Part shown: positions 27,438 to 36,953 of the stretch, in pieces | Numbering within the stretch: position 1 is the stretch's first letter | Layout of the letters: each line of letters starts with the position of its first letter | IMG/VR virus record: IMGVR_UViG_3300042475_004151 | Strand: one strand, 5' to 3' | Length of the DNA: 64,000 nucleotides | DNA from: a virus | The notes under the pieces: model-generated | The model's input: only the letters and a program-made list of their open reading frames with translations | The model's database searches: none | Told to the model about the DNA's origin: nothing | Translations under genes and position numbers: made by a program

Positions 27438-28694
27438 TTAATCATTTAAACTAGTTTCAAAACGTTCAGCCCAACCTCTTTCTTTACTATATGCCCATGC
27501 CACCATCCTAGATGGTTCTTTATCAAAGTATTCAAAATATTCTTCATAATGAATAGGTCCATTATTATTTAAGAAATTTTGTAATTCATATCCTTCTATA
27601 GTTTTAGAATAAATACCTATACCATCTTTATCATCAAATGCTATTAATATAGATGAATAATCATTTTCAGGAAGTGATTGTCTATAAATTGTAACTAAAT
27701 GATAGAATGATTTAGACCATGGACTATTAATTGGTGTTGGTGGATATCCATTTTCTACAGTATATTTTTGTACTGATCTTGTTTTAAAATTAACTCCAGC
27801 ATATGCCTCATAATCAGCTATTGTTCTAGCAGTTCCTAAATCATATCCTGTTAAATTAATTTCTGGATTGTCTTCTACTCTAAATAATGTTCTTATTTTT
27901 TTACGAGCATATTCTTGTTTAGTCCACCAATCAACTCCTAGTTTAGCATCATCATCCCACTTTAATTTACCCGCTCGTTCTTCTCTCATTGTTGAATGCC
28001 ATATTACCATTTTATGAGGATGGAATAAATCATATCCATGAGTATAAGATCTAACTGTTAAATTAATTTCTTCACCACTAAAGTAAATATCTGGATCATG
28101 TCTTATTTCTTTAGCCCATTCGTTTCTAGCAAAACAAAAATGTCCTGATAAAAATCTACTAAATGGAGGTTCAGTCATATTTTCCCATCCTGTTAATAAA
28201 GCTGGTCTAATAAATATTGTTCCATGTGGATAAAAACAGACAAACTGTTGTTGCCATGGTACATCAGCTCTACCTGCTGGGTCATTAAATGGATCGTATA
28301 ATGGTAGATAAGCCGCTAAAATTGGTTTGTGACCTTTCTTTTCTAGATTGTTATGCATTTCAATTAATGTTACATCCCAATCTTGAGCAAAACGATGATG
28401 TGAATCTAACTGGCAGATATAATCTTGATTAGTTAGTAATTTCTCATTTATCTGTGCTCTAGCCCAAGGTAAACCTTGTGATTCAGTATATAACACATCC
28501 ATGATATGAAAACGTTTATCTTTTCTAAACTCGTCTAGATTGTCAAAACTATCTTCAGGATGATATTGTCTACATATTCCAAAATGAATACGTTTAGGAT
28601 ATTTAGCTTTATCCAAAGCATCTTTAATAGTAGGAACTAACTCTGGGTCGCGATACGCTGGTAGATGTACCAGTATTGTTTCTTTTTTATTCAT
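27438..28694 (-). CDS. GT60-like (Skp1/mucin-type) polypeptide GlcNAc-transferase, copy 2
   Basis: PAYRDPEL, SQGLPWAR, QLDSHHRF..DWD, LSGHFCF, FSGEE...RSYTHGYD. Confidence 0.85.
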   Translation of the reverse strand: MNKKETILVHLPAYRDPELVPTIKDALDKAKYPKRIHFGICRQYHPEDSFDNLDEFRKDKRFHIMDVLYTESQGLPWARAQINEKLLTNQDYICQLDSHHRFAQDWDVTLIEMHNNLEKKGHKPILAAYLPLYDPFNDPAGRADVPWQQQFVCFYPHGTIFIRPALLTGWENMTEPPFSRFLSGHFCFARNEWAKEIRHDPDIYFSGEEINLTVRSYTHGYDLFHPHKMVIWHSTMREERAGKLKWDDDAKLGVDWWTKQEYARKKIRTLFRVEDNPEINLTGYDLGTARTIADYEAYAGVNFKTRSVQKYTVENGYPPTPINSPWSKSFYHLVTIYRQSLPENDYSSILIAFDDKDGIGIYSKTIEGYELQNFLNNNGPIHYEEYFEYFDKEPSRMVAWAYSKERGWAERFETSLND

Positions 28695-29946
28695 ATGGTA
28701 TGTCTTGATCTGTTCTTTCTAAGTAACCTTTTGATTCACTATGTGGCCAAACTCTCCATTTAGATGGTTGTTTATTATCATCATATTCTCTCCAAATATG
28801 GATAAATTGATCTTGTGGATCAGAGTTTATTAAGGAATTTAATTCATTTTTATCTACATCTTGTCTAAAGATATCTTCTCCATTTTTATCTAATATAGCA
28901 ACAACTAATAGATCATAATCTGGTTCAACTAAAGCTCCCTTCCAATAATCAATACAAACTTTAATTCTGTTAACTAAATTTTCTTCAAAATCTTCTTGTG
29001 GAACTGGAAGTGGAAGATATTCAGATGTATGTTTATGTACTTGTCTTGTGGAAAATCTTACACCAATATATCTTTCATATTCATGTAATGAGCGTTCTTT
29101 ACCCCATCCGTATTTTTCAAATAAATCTTTAGTTGTACCTTCAATTACACTACCCATTCCATGTAATGCTCTATATCTAGAATATGATACTTTATTTTTC
29201 TCAGCCCATTCTTTATCATCATCCCATTGTTTAGTTTTACCATTTCTAGTATACTCATGCCATATAACAGGTATATGTGGTTGAAATAAATCATATCCAT
29301 GAGTATATGATCTAGCAGCTAATGATGGTTCTTCACCGTGAAAATAAAAATTAGGATCATATCTTACTTCTTTAGCCCATTTGCCTAAAGTAAAGATAAA
29401 ATGTGCTGATAAAAATCTAGCTGGATAAGGTGATTCTAAATTTTGCCACCCATCAATAGAATGAGGCTTAATAAAAATAGGACCCTCAGGCATATATCTA
29501 TCAAATTCTAAATTCCAACAATCTTGGACTCGACCTACTGGATCATTATCTGGAAAAAATCCAGGTAAATAAGCTGTTAATAATGGTTTCTTGTGTCCTA
29601 ATTTTTTAAGTTGCTTTAACATTTTAATTAAAGTCAAATCCCAGTTCTTAGTAAAACGATGGTGTGAATCTAATTGCATATAATAAGTTTCCCCATCATA
29701 TAAATCTTGGATCATATTTCTAGCCCAACATGTACCTTTAGAATGTTCATAAGGTACATTAACAACTTTAAATCTTTGATCATTTTTAAATTCATCTAAA
29801 ACATCGAATTTATCATCTGGGTGAAATTGTCTACAGATTCCAAATACTAGTCTATCTGATTGTTTAGCATTTGCTATACAATCTCTTAATGTTGGTAATA
29901 ACTCCGGGTCGCGATAACTCGCGATTGATATAAAAATTGTTTCCAT
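28687..29946 (-). CDS. GT60-like polypeptide GlcNAc-transferase, copy 1
   Basis: IFISIASYRDPEL, SKGTCWAR, QLDSHHRF..NWD, FHGEE...RSYTHGYD..P...IWHEY. Confidence 0.88.
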   Translation of the reverse strand: METIFISIASYRDPELLPTLRDCIANAKQSDRLVFGICRQFHPDDKFDVLDEFKNDQRFKVVNVPYEHSKGTCWARNMIQDLYDGETYYMQLDSHHRFTKNWDLTLIKMLKQLKKLGHKKPLLTAYLPGFFPDNDPVGRVQDCWNLEFDRYMPEGPIFIKPHSIDGWQNLESPYPARFLSAHFIFTLGKWAKEVRYDPNFYFHGEEPSLAARSYTHGYDLFQPHIPVIWHEYTRNGKTKQWDDDKEWAEKNKVSYSRYRALHGMGSVIEGTTKDLFEKYGWGKERSLHEYERYIGVRFSTRQVHKHTSEYLPLPVPQEDFEENLVNRIKVCIDYWKGALVEPDYDLLVVAILDKNGEDIFRQDVDKNELNSLINSDPQDQFIHIWREYDDNKQPSKWRVWPHSESKGYLERTDQDIPYE

Positions 29947-29965
29947 AACTTATTTTAAATATAAC

Positions 29966-31018
29966 TTAAATTTCTTGGGTTTCAATCAAATGTTTAGCTT
30001 TTTCATAACTCATATTATAAACTTTTTTTCTTCTTTCACCTGTAACAATTTCAAGTTCAGAACATAATACTATAAAACTATCAATATCTTTTTGATTACA
30101 TTGTATTTTAGATGAATTAGCTAACGCTATTAATTTAGAGCGTGGTATAGATGAGTCTTGTTCTTTTTTCCTTCCGTTTTGATAATAGAGTTTTAATAAT
30201 CTAAGATTTAACTCTAACTGTTTAAATGTAGGTGTTGCTAATAGACTTTTCATTTCACTATATGAAGTCCAAGTATAATAAGCGCTAAATGCTACTCCTA
30301 TCAATATAATAAATTCTAAAAAGAATACCATGACAGCAAAAGCAATACTATTTTGTTTTACTTTATCTTCTTGTTTATTTAATTTTTTACCTGTTTTTTC
30401 TTCAAACTGAGCTATACGATTATCTCTCTCAGTCTCATATACTTTAACATCATTTTCTAGTGACTTAACAGTGTTTAACTGGCGTTTACTTAGCACTCCA
30501 TCTTCATCATTAGTATTGATGGCTTGTATTTGTTGTTCCTTTAAAGCGATTCTTTGTGAGTATATAGCCGATATAGAATCAGATACGTTGGTTGTTATAG
30601 TATCTAATTTTGATGCTGTTATTTCACTAGTATCAATTAATCTATGAGCACCATTAAGTGATAGATAAAATGATCCAGATACTAATGCTAAACAAATTAT
30701 TACTCCTGATGCTATATTAATAGTAAATTTACGTACACGTAATATAGTAGAGGTAAGTTGTTCAAAAGCAAATCGTTTAAATAATTCATATCCTGTCATA
30801 AACAAAATAATGAATACAGAGAAAAAAATATTTTGTCCTATAAATAATGCAGGAATATTATTAGTCACATCTTTAATAAAAAAATAACTAAACAATATTA
30901 AGAATATATTTCCTAAAAATGAGAAATAATAGAGTGTCCTACTTAATGGATTAAAACTTTTCTCAAAATTAAATGTTTCTAAGTCATTTTTAAGTCTAAA
31001 GTATTTATCTATCTTCAT
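29966..31018 (-). CDS. Multi-pass membrane protein with a coiled-coil region
   Basis: Four hydrophobic helices with a charged coiled segment between TM3 and TM4. Confidence 0.6.
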   Translation of the reverse strand: MKIDKYFRLKNDLETFNFEKSFNPLSRTLYYFSFLGNIFLILFSYFFIKDVTNNIPALFIGQNIFFSVFIILFMTGYELFKRFAFEQLTSTILRVRKFTINIASGVIICLALVSGSFYLSLNGAHRLIDTSEITASKLDTITTNVSDSISAIYSQRIALKEQQIQAINTNDEDGVLSKRQLNTVKSLENDVKVYETERDNRIAQFEEKTGKKLNKQEDKVKQNSIAFAVMVFFLEFIILIGVAFSAYYTWTSYSEMKSLLATPTFKQLELNLRLLKLYYQNGRKKEQDSSIPRSKLIALANSSKIQCNQKDIDSFIVLCSELEIVTGERRKKVYNMSYEKAKHLIETQEI

Positions 31019-31338
31019 AATTCTTCTAATGTTTTATCTTGAGTCAAATTTATAACACCTGTGAATATATGGTGTTTACTATTTATATCTAATATTTGTC
31101 CTTCAAAATAAGTTTCTCCAGCCCAAGTGAATTGTTTTAAAACTTTAAATTTTCTTATTTTTCCTTCATAAGGAAATAACTCATTTAATAATTGTCTACG
31201 TTCACCACATCCACATCCTTCAGCTCCTGCTATTTTAGCTATAGCATCTGCTACTTTATCAATACCAAAAAAATTAGTTATTTTAGCTATTGTATCTCCT
31301 ACACCTTTAGATTCTTGTTTCGGATCAAATCCTTCCAT
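31015..31338 (-). CDS. Conserved phage hypothetical protein (CGC motif)
   Basis: SKGVGDTIAKIT..GI...GCGCGERR..LN..FPY. Confidence 0.65.
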   Translation of the reverse strand: MEGFDPKQESKGVGDTIAKITNFFGIDKVADAIAKIAGAEGCGCGERRQLLNELFPYEGKIRKFKVLKQFTWAGETYFEGQILDINSKHHIFTGVINLTQDKTLEEL

Positions 31339-31369
31339 ATTATCTATGTTTTATATAAATATATACGAA

Positions 31370-31903
31370 TTAAAGAGAATTACGTTGTTTATCACCTTGC
31401 CATTGACCATCATACATTTCAGCGGACATACACTCATGAAAATATATTTGTGCTACTCTAGCATCTTGTTCAATGAATATTGTTTCATGTACATACAATA
31501 ATGTACCCATAAATTCGGTTTTAAAGCCAGGATCAAATACAGGACTATTAATTATAGCACCGTTGCGGTAGAGAGATGATCGTTGTTTAATGAATGCTAC
31601 TCTATTATCAGGTATATTACATCCTTCATTAAATGTAATATCATATACACCTTCATATAATAACCATCCTTCATCTCCATCTAATTTGATTGGGTCAATT
31701 GGAATGTAAGTAGTTAATTCAGTCTTATCTTTTAATATTTTACCTATTTTAGCATCTTTATTAAAAGTTCCTCCTACGACTCTACTAGAACCTACTTTAT
31801 TTACTGCTTTTAAACTAAGGTCATAACCTACTTGTGCTGGTTTACCTTTTGTGTTTTCTAGAAGGAGTAATCCTTCATCTACTATTTGTTTTGCGTTTAA
31901 CAT
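31370..31903 (-). CDS. Trimeric dUTPase / dCTP-deaminase-fold protein
   Basis: GYDL, QRSSLYRNG, VFDPGF, RVAQI. Confidence 0.85.
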   Translation of the reverse strand: MLNAKQIVDEGLLLLENTKGKPAQVGYDLSLKAVNKVGSSRVVGGTFNKDAKIGKILKDKTELTTYIPIDPIKLDGDEGWLLYEGVYDITFNEGCNIPDNRVAFIKQRSSLYRNGAIINSPVFDPGFKTEFMGTLLYVHETIFIEQDARVAQIYFHECMSAEMYDGQWQGDKQRNSL

Positions 31904-31915
31904 ATTATAAATTTA

Positions 31916-32077
31916 TTAAAATTCTTCTGCTATTCCAACTGCTTCAGCTAATATAAGTAAAAAACCTCCAATTTCAAAATCTTGGAACATAATAGCTACA
32001 CCTGCGAATATTCTAAAAACTGATTTAATCATACTGAGTCTGAAATGCCAATTTGTTTTACTTTCTTTTTGTTGCAT
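31916..32077 (-). CDS. Small membrane protein (53 aa)
   Basis: Not in the ORF track. MQQKESKTNWHFRLSMIKSVFRIFAG...AEAVGIAEEF. Confidence 0.55.
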   Translation of the reverse strand: MQQKESKTNWHFRLSMIKSVFRIFAGVAIMFQDFEIGGFLLILAEAVGIAEEF

Positions 32078-32081
32078 ATTA

Positions 32082-32492
32082 TTACATTATTGATCTTTTT
32101 AAATAATCAGGTACCGCTTCTGAATCTTCACGTTCCCATGGGTATACTATCCATATACTTTCAGAGACTAAACTATAGTAAAAATTAGGTTCAACTATAG
32201 CTGTTTGTTTATAATGAATAGTAGCTGTAGAAAATAATTGATGATATTGTTTAAGAGTTACTCCTGAGTCACATATATCATCTACTATTAGAATATGTTC
32301 ATATTCTTCACAGTCTCCCATTATATCAACATATGGTAAATTAAGTTTATGAGAAAGCAATACAGCTGGAATAAGTCCTCCTCTAGGTAATCCAGCTATT
32401 GCTTCTATAGATTTGCCACTAGTTTTAATTTGGTGAGCTAAACTTACAACAGCGTCTTCAATATTATTCCAGGTTAAGTATATTTTATTCAT
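32082..32492 (-). CDS. Type I purine phosphoribosyltransferase (Gpt-like)
   Basis: GLPRGGLIPA, PRPP-binding ILIVDDICDSGVTL, WIVYPWE. Confidence 0.9.
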   Translation of the reverse strand: MNKIYLTWNNIEDAVVSLAHQIKTSGKSIEAIAGLPRGGLIPAVLLSHKLNLPYVDIMGDCEEYEHILIVDDICDSGVTLKQYHQLFSTATIHYKQTAIVEPNFYYSLVSESIWIVYPWEREDSEAVPDYLKRSIM

Positions 32493-32512
32493 TATCTATT
32501 TTATTTTAAATT

Positions 32513-33256
32513 TCAACAATAAGATTGAAGATTTAATTTAATCATTTCTAATACTTCAGCTTTAGCAGTACGACTATGATCAGCAAATACTCCACTTACT
32601 TCACTTGTAACCATTGATGCTCCTTGATGTTTAACCCCTCTACAACTAACACATTGGTGTCCAGCATGTACTATTACCATCACACCTGCGTTATCTTCAC
32701 AAACAGTATTTACAGCGTTATGAATAGCAACTGTAAGTTGTTCTTGGATAGCACCTCTACGAGCAAAATGTTCTACAATACGATTTAATTTACTTAAACC
32801 AACTACTTTACCTTCTTTACCTGGTATATAAGCTACGTGTGCTTTACCTAAAATTGCTTGGTGGTGATGAGAACACATACTAACAATTGGAATATCTCTT
32901 TCTAATACAATACCTTCATATCCATCAGATGGAAATGATGTAATGTCAGTTGGTAATTCATATCTACCTTTCCATAAATCAAATACATATGCTTTAGCTA
33001 CACGACGAGGTGTTTCCATACTATTTGGATCATTTCTCCAATCAACACCTAACGCATCTAAAAATTTACCATATGCTGTTTCAGCTTCACCTACAATAAG
33101 CCATTTTTCATTATCTGTAAGTGAACGATGGAAACCATCTTCAATACGTGATTTTAATTGTAATGAAATACCATTTGCAAAACCAGGTTTAGCAGTTTCT
33201 AGAGCTTCAATATCTGCTACTGTTCTTCTTTTATTTTCCATCATTCTTATTTTCAT
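32513..33256 (-). CDS. folE: GTP cyclohydrolase I
   Basis: ETPRRVAK, SMCSHH, GLSKLNR, IQEQLT, HQCVSCRGV. Confidence 0.95.
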   Translation of the reverse strand: MKIRMMENKRRTVADIEALETAKPGFANGISLQLKSRIEDGFHRSLTDNEKWLIVGEAETAYGKFLDALGVDWRNDPNSMETPRRVAKAYVFDLWKGRYELPTDITSFPSDGYEGIVLERDIPIVSMCSHHHQAILGKAHVAYIPGKEGKVVGLSKLNRIVEHFARRGAIQEQLTVAIHNAVNTVCEDNAGVMVIVHAGHQCVSCRGVKHQGASMVTSEVSGVFADHSRTAKAEVLEMIKLNLQSYC

Positions 33257-33449
33257 TTAATTTATTAATATCTTGTTGAGTTTCCAAAAGTTTTAAAGCG
33301 ACCATAGTGTTAAATGTAGCTATTTGATCCCACAGTCGTTGTATTTCTTTTCTAGATTTTTCTAATTGTCTATATTGGTAAATCTGTAAACTCATAAGTA
33401 ATAAAGCTATACCTGTATAGACATTATCAGGAGTTATTGTTATATTCAT
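33231..33449 (-). CDS. Small membrane/coiled-coil protein
   Basis: Hydrophobic N-terminus plus coiled tail. Confidence 0.5.
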   Translation of the reverse strand: MNITITPDNVYTGIALLLMSLQIYQYRQLEKSRKEIQRLWDQIATFNTMVALKLLETQQDINKLNENKNDGK

Positions 33450-33544
33450 TTTTATCTTTTTTGTTTGAATAGGTAGTAGCTAACCATAGTAAACCTAAAG
33501 GAATACTAAATGTAGCTACTAAACCTAATATTAAATTAATTATT

Positions 33545-34435
33545 TTATACATTAAGTGTTTTATTCCAGGCTGCAATATGAAGACGAGTCAAACCTCTAA
33601 ATCTATATTTTTTAGCCATTTCTAAACAAAATTGAGTACGTTCTTCAAAATTAGATACATCATCTAATCCTGGCATACAAACCAAGTTGGTAAGAGGTAT
33701 GCTAAATGGTATGACAAAGTCACGAAATAATTCTTGAACATCTTCTTCATTAGATATAACAAATTTAAATTGATAATTTTTATGTTCCATTACACGTTTA
33801 ATAGCAGCTTCATTAATACGCTGTTTAACATCCATACCTGAATTAGATAACTTAGGTGAACAGTTGATTTGATCTATAATTTTAAATAAATCATCTTCAA
33901 TTACTATTGTACCGTTTGTTTCTATTTCATTATAGTTATGCCTTACAATTAAATCATTCTCCGGTAATCTCCAAGCATATTCTTTACCAGGAAGTGTTGT
34001 TGATGGATCTACTTGTAATAGCCAATACTTATGAAAATTAACAATAGCTTCTTGATGTCCTTTAATTGTAGGTTCTCCACCTGTCCAAATGATATGAATA
34101 ATACCATTTAATATATCATCATAAACACCTTCATCTTTCCAACGTTTAATTAAATAATCAAATTCTTTATCTTCGCCTCTCCATAACCATTGACTTGTTG
34201 AATCACAAGTCCAAGACGCTTTACCTTCTAACTCTAAATCACCTTTAAAAATTTCACCATCTTCTAATGATGCTTCTTTTAAAAGATTATTTGTAAATGC
34301 TCTACTCATACCACAAGTCAGATTACAAATACCTAAACGAACAAAGTATGAAGGTACTCCTGATGAAATACCCTCACCTTGGACAGAGTAGAAATCAGAG
34401 CTTATTAATAGTTTTTTAGGATCTATTTTACTCAT
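33545..34435 (-). CDS. queE: 7-carboxy-7-deazaguanine synthase (radical SAM)
   Basis: FYSVQGEG, FVRLGICNLTC...WTCDS, TGGEP, IETNGT, SPKL, RLH. Confidence 0.92.
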   Translation of the reverse strand: MSKIDPKKLLISSDFYSVQGEGISSGVPSYFVRLGICNLTCGMSRAFTNNLLKEASLEDGEIFKGDLELEGKASWTCDSTSQWLWRGEDKEFDYLIKRWKDEGVYDDILNGIIHIIWTGGEPTIKGHQEAIVNFHKYWLLQVDPSTTLPGKEYAWRLPENDLIVRHNYNEIETNGTIVIEDDLFKIIDQINCSPKLSNSGMDVKQRINEAAIKRVMEHKNYQFKFVISNEEDVQELFRDFVIPFSIPLTNLVCMPGLDDVSNFEERTQFCLEMAKKYRFRGLTRLHIAAWNKTLNV

Positions 34436-34662
34436 TTTTTCTTACGTTTTAATTGTTTTTCTGAAATTGTTTCTCCTTCAAGACCTCTAATAATACTGTC
34501 TGAGATAGTTTTTGTAGATTCAACTACTGGTTCTGGTTTACGAGTTAATGATTTCCATTCTGTTTTGGAAACAAAAATCCACTCCCTTCCTACCATGTTG
34601 TCCGCTTTAAAGTCATCTAAGCGAATAATTGTTCCTGTTTTGACATTTTTAAGACACTTCAT
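34432..34662 (-). CDS. Hypothetical protein
   Basis: ORF preceded by GGAGG and a promoter motif. Confidence 0.55.
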   Translation of the reverse strand: MKCLKNVKTGTIIRLDDFKADNMVGREWIFVSKTEWKSLTRKPEPVVESTKTISDSIIRGLEGETISEKQLKRKKK

Positions 34663-34691
34663 TGGTTAAATCCTCCATGTTTTTAGATAAT

Positions 34692-34723
34692 TAAATATAT
34701 GTTGTAAAAGTTGGGGTTCCAAA
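34692..34723 (-). promoter_or_regulatory. Bacteroidota-type promoter TTTG-N20-TATATTTA
   Basis: 20-nt spacer; overlaps the inverted repeat TTGGGGTT/AACCCCAA. Confidence 0.55.
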
Positions 34724-34793
34724 AGAAACCCCAATATGTTTAAATGTGTTTTTGAGTCAGCACATAATCCTAATATATGTTGAAATTCATGCA

Positions 34794-35597
34794 TTATTTA
34801 TTATATTCGTTTAATACTTTTTCTACTGCTGTTTTAGCTACTTCCCAACGTACAGGTCCTGTTTCATCAGCATAAGCTACAGGATCAGGACGACCTAGTT
34901 TAATAAATGCTTCAATACGCTCTACAGATGCTGCTGATTTATAATCTGAATACCATTCTCCTTCAAACCATATTGGTTTATAAGAAGTATTTGTACGCCT
35001 ATAAACTTTATCAAATTCTAAATCTAGTATTTCACAACATTTTAAACCATCTTCTAAAATACCAAATTTATCAGTATTCAAATATGGAGTATAATGTGAT
35101 ACTAATTCTGAATCCCAATTACCAACTTTAAATGCTTCAAAATCAGCATCTCTAAACTCTTGTCTACAATCAGGATAAATAGCGTGATCACCAGCGTGAA
35201 TACCCATTGCTATAATACATTCTTGTTTTTTATCTTTAGTCGCTTCTGATAATGCTACCGCTTGAATAAGTGAAGCAAATATCTTATTACGATTAGGAAC
35301 AACAGTATCTTTCATATTGTCTTGTTCGTAGTGTCCTTCAGGTACATCTTTACCACCTGTGACTAAAGCTGAATTAAGTAATTGAGATAAACCATCCAAC
35401 TTAATAATCTGATGTGTTACTTTTTGTCCTTTAGATTTTAAATATTCTACTAATGATTTAGCACGGTCTAATTCTACTTTATGTTTTTGACCATAATCAA
35501 AACCTAAAGCTGTTACTTGATAACCTTTAGCTAATAGATGAAGTAATAATGAACTAGAATCCATTCCACCTGAAAGACTTAAAACTGATTTTTTCAT
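34794..35597 (-). CDS. queC: 7-cyano-7-deazaguanine (preQ0) synthase
   Basis: SLSGGMDS, FDYGQKH, VPNRN, YPDCR. Confidence 0.93.
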   Translation of the reverse strand: MKKSVLSLSGGMDSSSLLLHLLAKGYQVTALGFDYGQKHKVELDRAKSLVEYLKSKGQKVTHQIIKLDGLSQLLNSALVTGGKDVPEGHYEQDNMKDTVVPNRNKIFASLIQAVALSEATKDKKQECIIAMGIHAGDHAIYPDCRQEFRDADFEAFKVGNWDSELVSHYTPYLNTDKFGILEDGLKCCEILDLEFDKVYRRTNTSYKPIWFEGEWYSDYKSAASVERIEAFIKLGRPDPVAYADETGPVRWEVAKTAVEKVLNEYNK

Positions 35598-35609
35598 TTT
35601 TATTTTAAA

Positions 35610-35909
35610 TTAAAATGGAAGAGTATTATCTTGTGATTCGCTTATCTTCCGTTCAAGCGATTTTTTTGATTTTAATTCGTATTGGATTTTATCAGTGTTG
35701 ATAATATCTCTATAATTTGGATTATTAAAAAAAGCCATTAATAAATTTTCAGTATATAAATTTACAAGACCTGAATATTTAGGATTTGATATTTCTCTAG
35801 TTTGTACTGGTGAATTTTGTTGTCTAGCATATTTAGCTACTTCTAAACCTAATGTTGGACCAGCTGCTCTACCTAAATAATCATAAAGTGATTGTGTATT
35901 ATTTAACAT
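35610..35909 (-). CDS. Hypothetical protein
   Basis: SLYDYLGRAAG...V.LY; lies inside the deazaguanine cluster. Confidence 0.55.
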   Translation of the reverse strand: MLNNTQSLYDYLGRAAGPTLGLEVAKYARQQNSPVQTREISNPKYSGLVNLYTENLLMAFFNNPNYRDIINTDKIQYELKSKKSLERKISESQDNTLPF

Positions 35910-36684
35910 ATTCTTTAAATTTATTTACATTAAAGCTAATATCATCAATTCGGTCAGATAAATCTTTTTCAAAATAATAAGCTAATTTTTCTTTTGGTTT
36001 CCAATTTATACCACTATCTGTGTAATGTTTACCTTCTGCTCCTACTAGGATAGGATTAGATGTATCTACTGATTTGATAAATTTCCAATCTTTATAAGCC
36101 ATAAATTCTTGAGGTAAAGAACAACCAAGTAAATGATGGTAGAATGTTTCTCTAATAGTTTTATTTTCAACTAATTTTCTAATAAATTCCATTCTGCCAT
36201 ACATTTGATTCTTTAAAGAATTATCATATCCTAGTTCTTGATAGGCAATGCTAGAATGATTGAATGCTATATGTTTGTAGCCTAAATCAACTAATGTTTG
36301 ATATGTAGTTATTAATTCACCTATTGTTTTGCCTTGACATACAGCCATTAAATTAACATCAATTTCCTTTAGTTTATCACCATAATTTATCATCCAATGT
36401 TTTGCACTTCTAATAGTTGAGGTTGAATCATTCCAAGCGTCAGGAATAATGAATACATTAGGATGAATAAGACTAATTTTTTCAAGTAAATCTTCTATTG
36501 TATGATCTACTCCTTCAAATAATCCATTATCCATTATAATGAATCTTTTATCTATTCTTGATTTTTGAAAGAATAATCTATACTGCATTGATTCATCTAT
36601 TAAGTGAGGAAGACAATAATCATAATCATTCCATTTGTAAGCATAATCCATTAAACTAAGAGGTAGTTCGTGTGATATTTTCAT
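35899..36684 (-). CDS. TGT/DpdA-fold deazaguanine transglycosylase-like protein
   Basis: MDNGLFE, PD, AVCQG, HLLG and SVDTS match the order of TGT-fold motifs (DSG, D, VQG, HLLG, xDS); sits between queC and queD. Confidence 0.7.
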   Translation of the reverse strand: MKISHELPLSLMDYAYKWNDYDYCLPHLIDESMQYRLFFQKSRIDKRFIIMDNGLFEGVDHTIEDLLEKISLIHPNVFIIPDAWNDSTSTIRSAKHWMINYGDKLKEIDVNLMAVCQGKTIGELITTYQTLVDLGYKHIAFNHSSIAYQELGYDNSLKNQMYGRMEFIRKLVENKTIRETFYHHLLGCSLPQEFMAYKDWKFIKSVDTSNPILVGAEGKHYTDSGINWKPKEKLAYYFEKDLSDRIDDISFNVNKFKEYVK

Positions 36685-36953
36685 TTATAATGTTTTAGTT
36701 GTTTCCTTAATTTTTCTATTTGAACTGATGCCCACCATTTTCCCATGTTGCCTGATGGTTTAAATTCATCTTGCCAATATTTAATTTTTTCTAAAATTGG
36801 TTTATTATGTTTATGAAGTATATCTATATCATAAAAACTATCATTCTCCAACATAGCATCATCCCAATGTCCTTCAGTATATGGAGGTGGATTTTCTAAT
36901 TCATATTTATTGATTAATTCTTTTTGGAGTTGTTTACTTAATTTAGCCTTCAT
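36681..36953 (-). CDS. Hypothetical protein
   Basis: Overlaps both neighbours within the operon. Confidence 0.5.
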   Translation of the reverse strand: MKAKLSKQLQKELINKYELENPPPYTEGHWDDAMLENDSFYDIDILHKHNKPILEKIKYWQDEFKPSGNMGKWWASVQIEKLRKQLKHYK

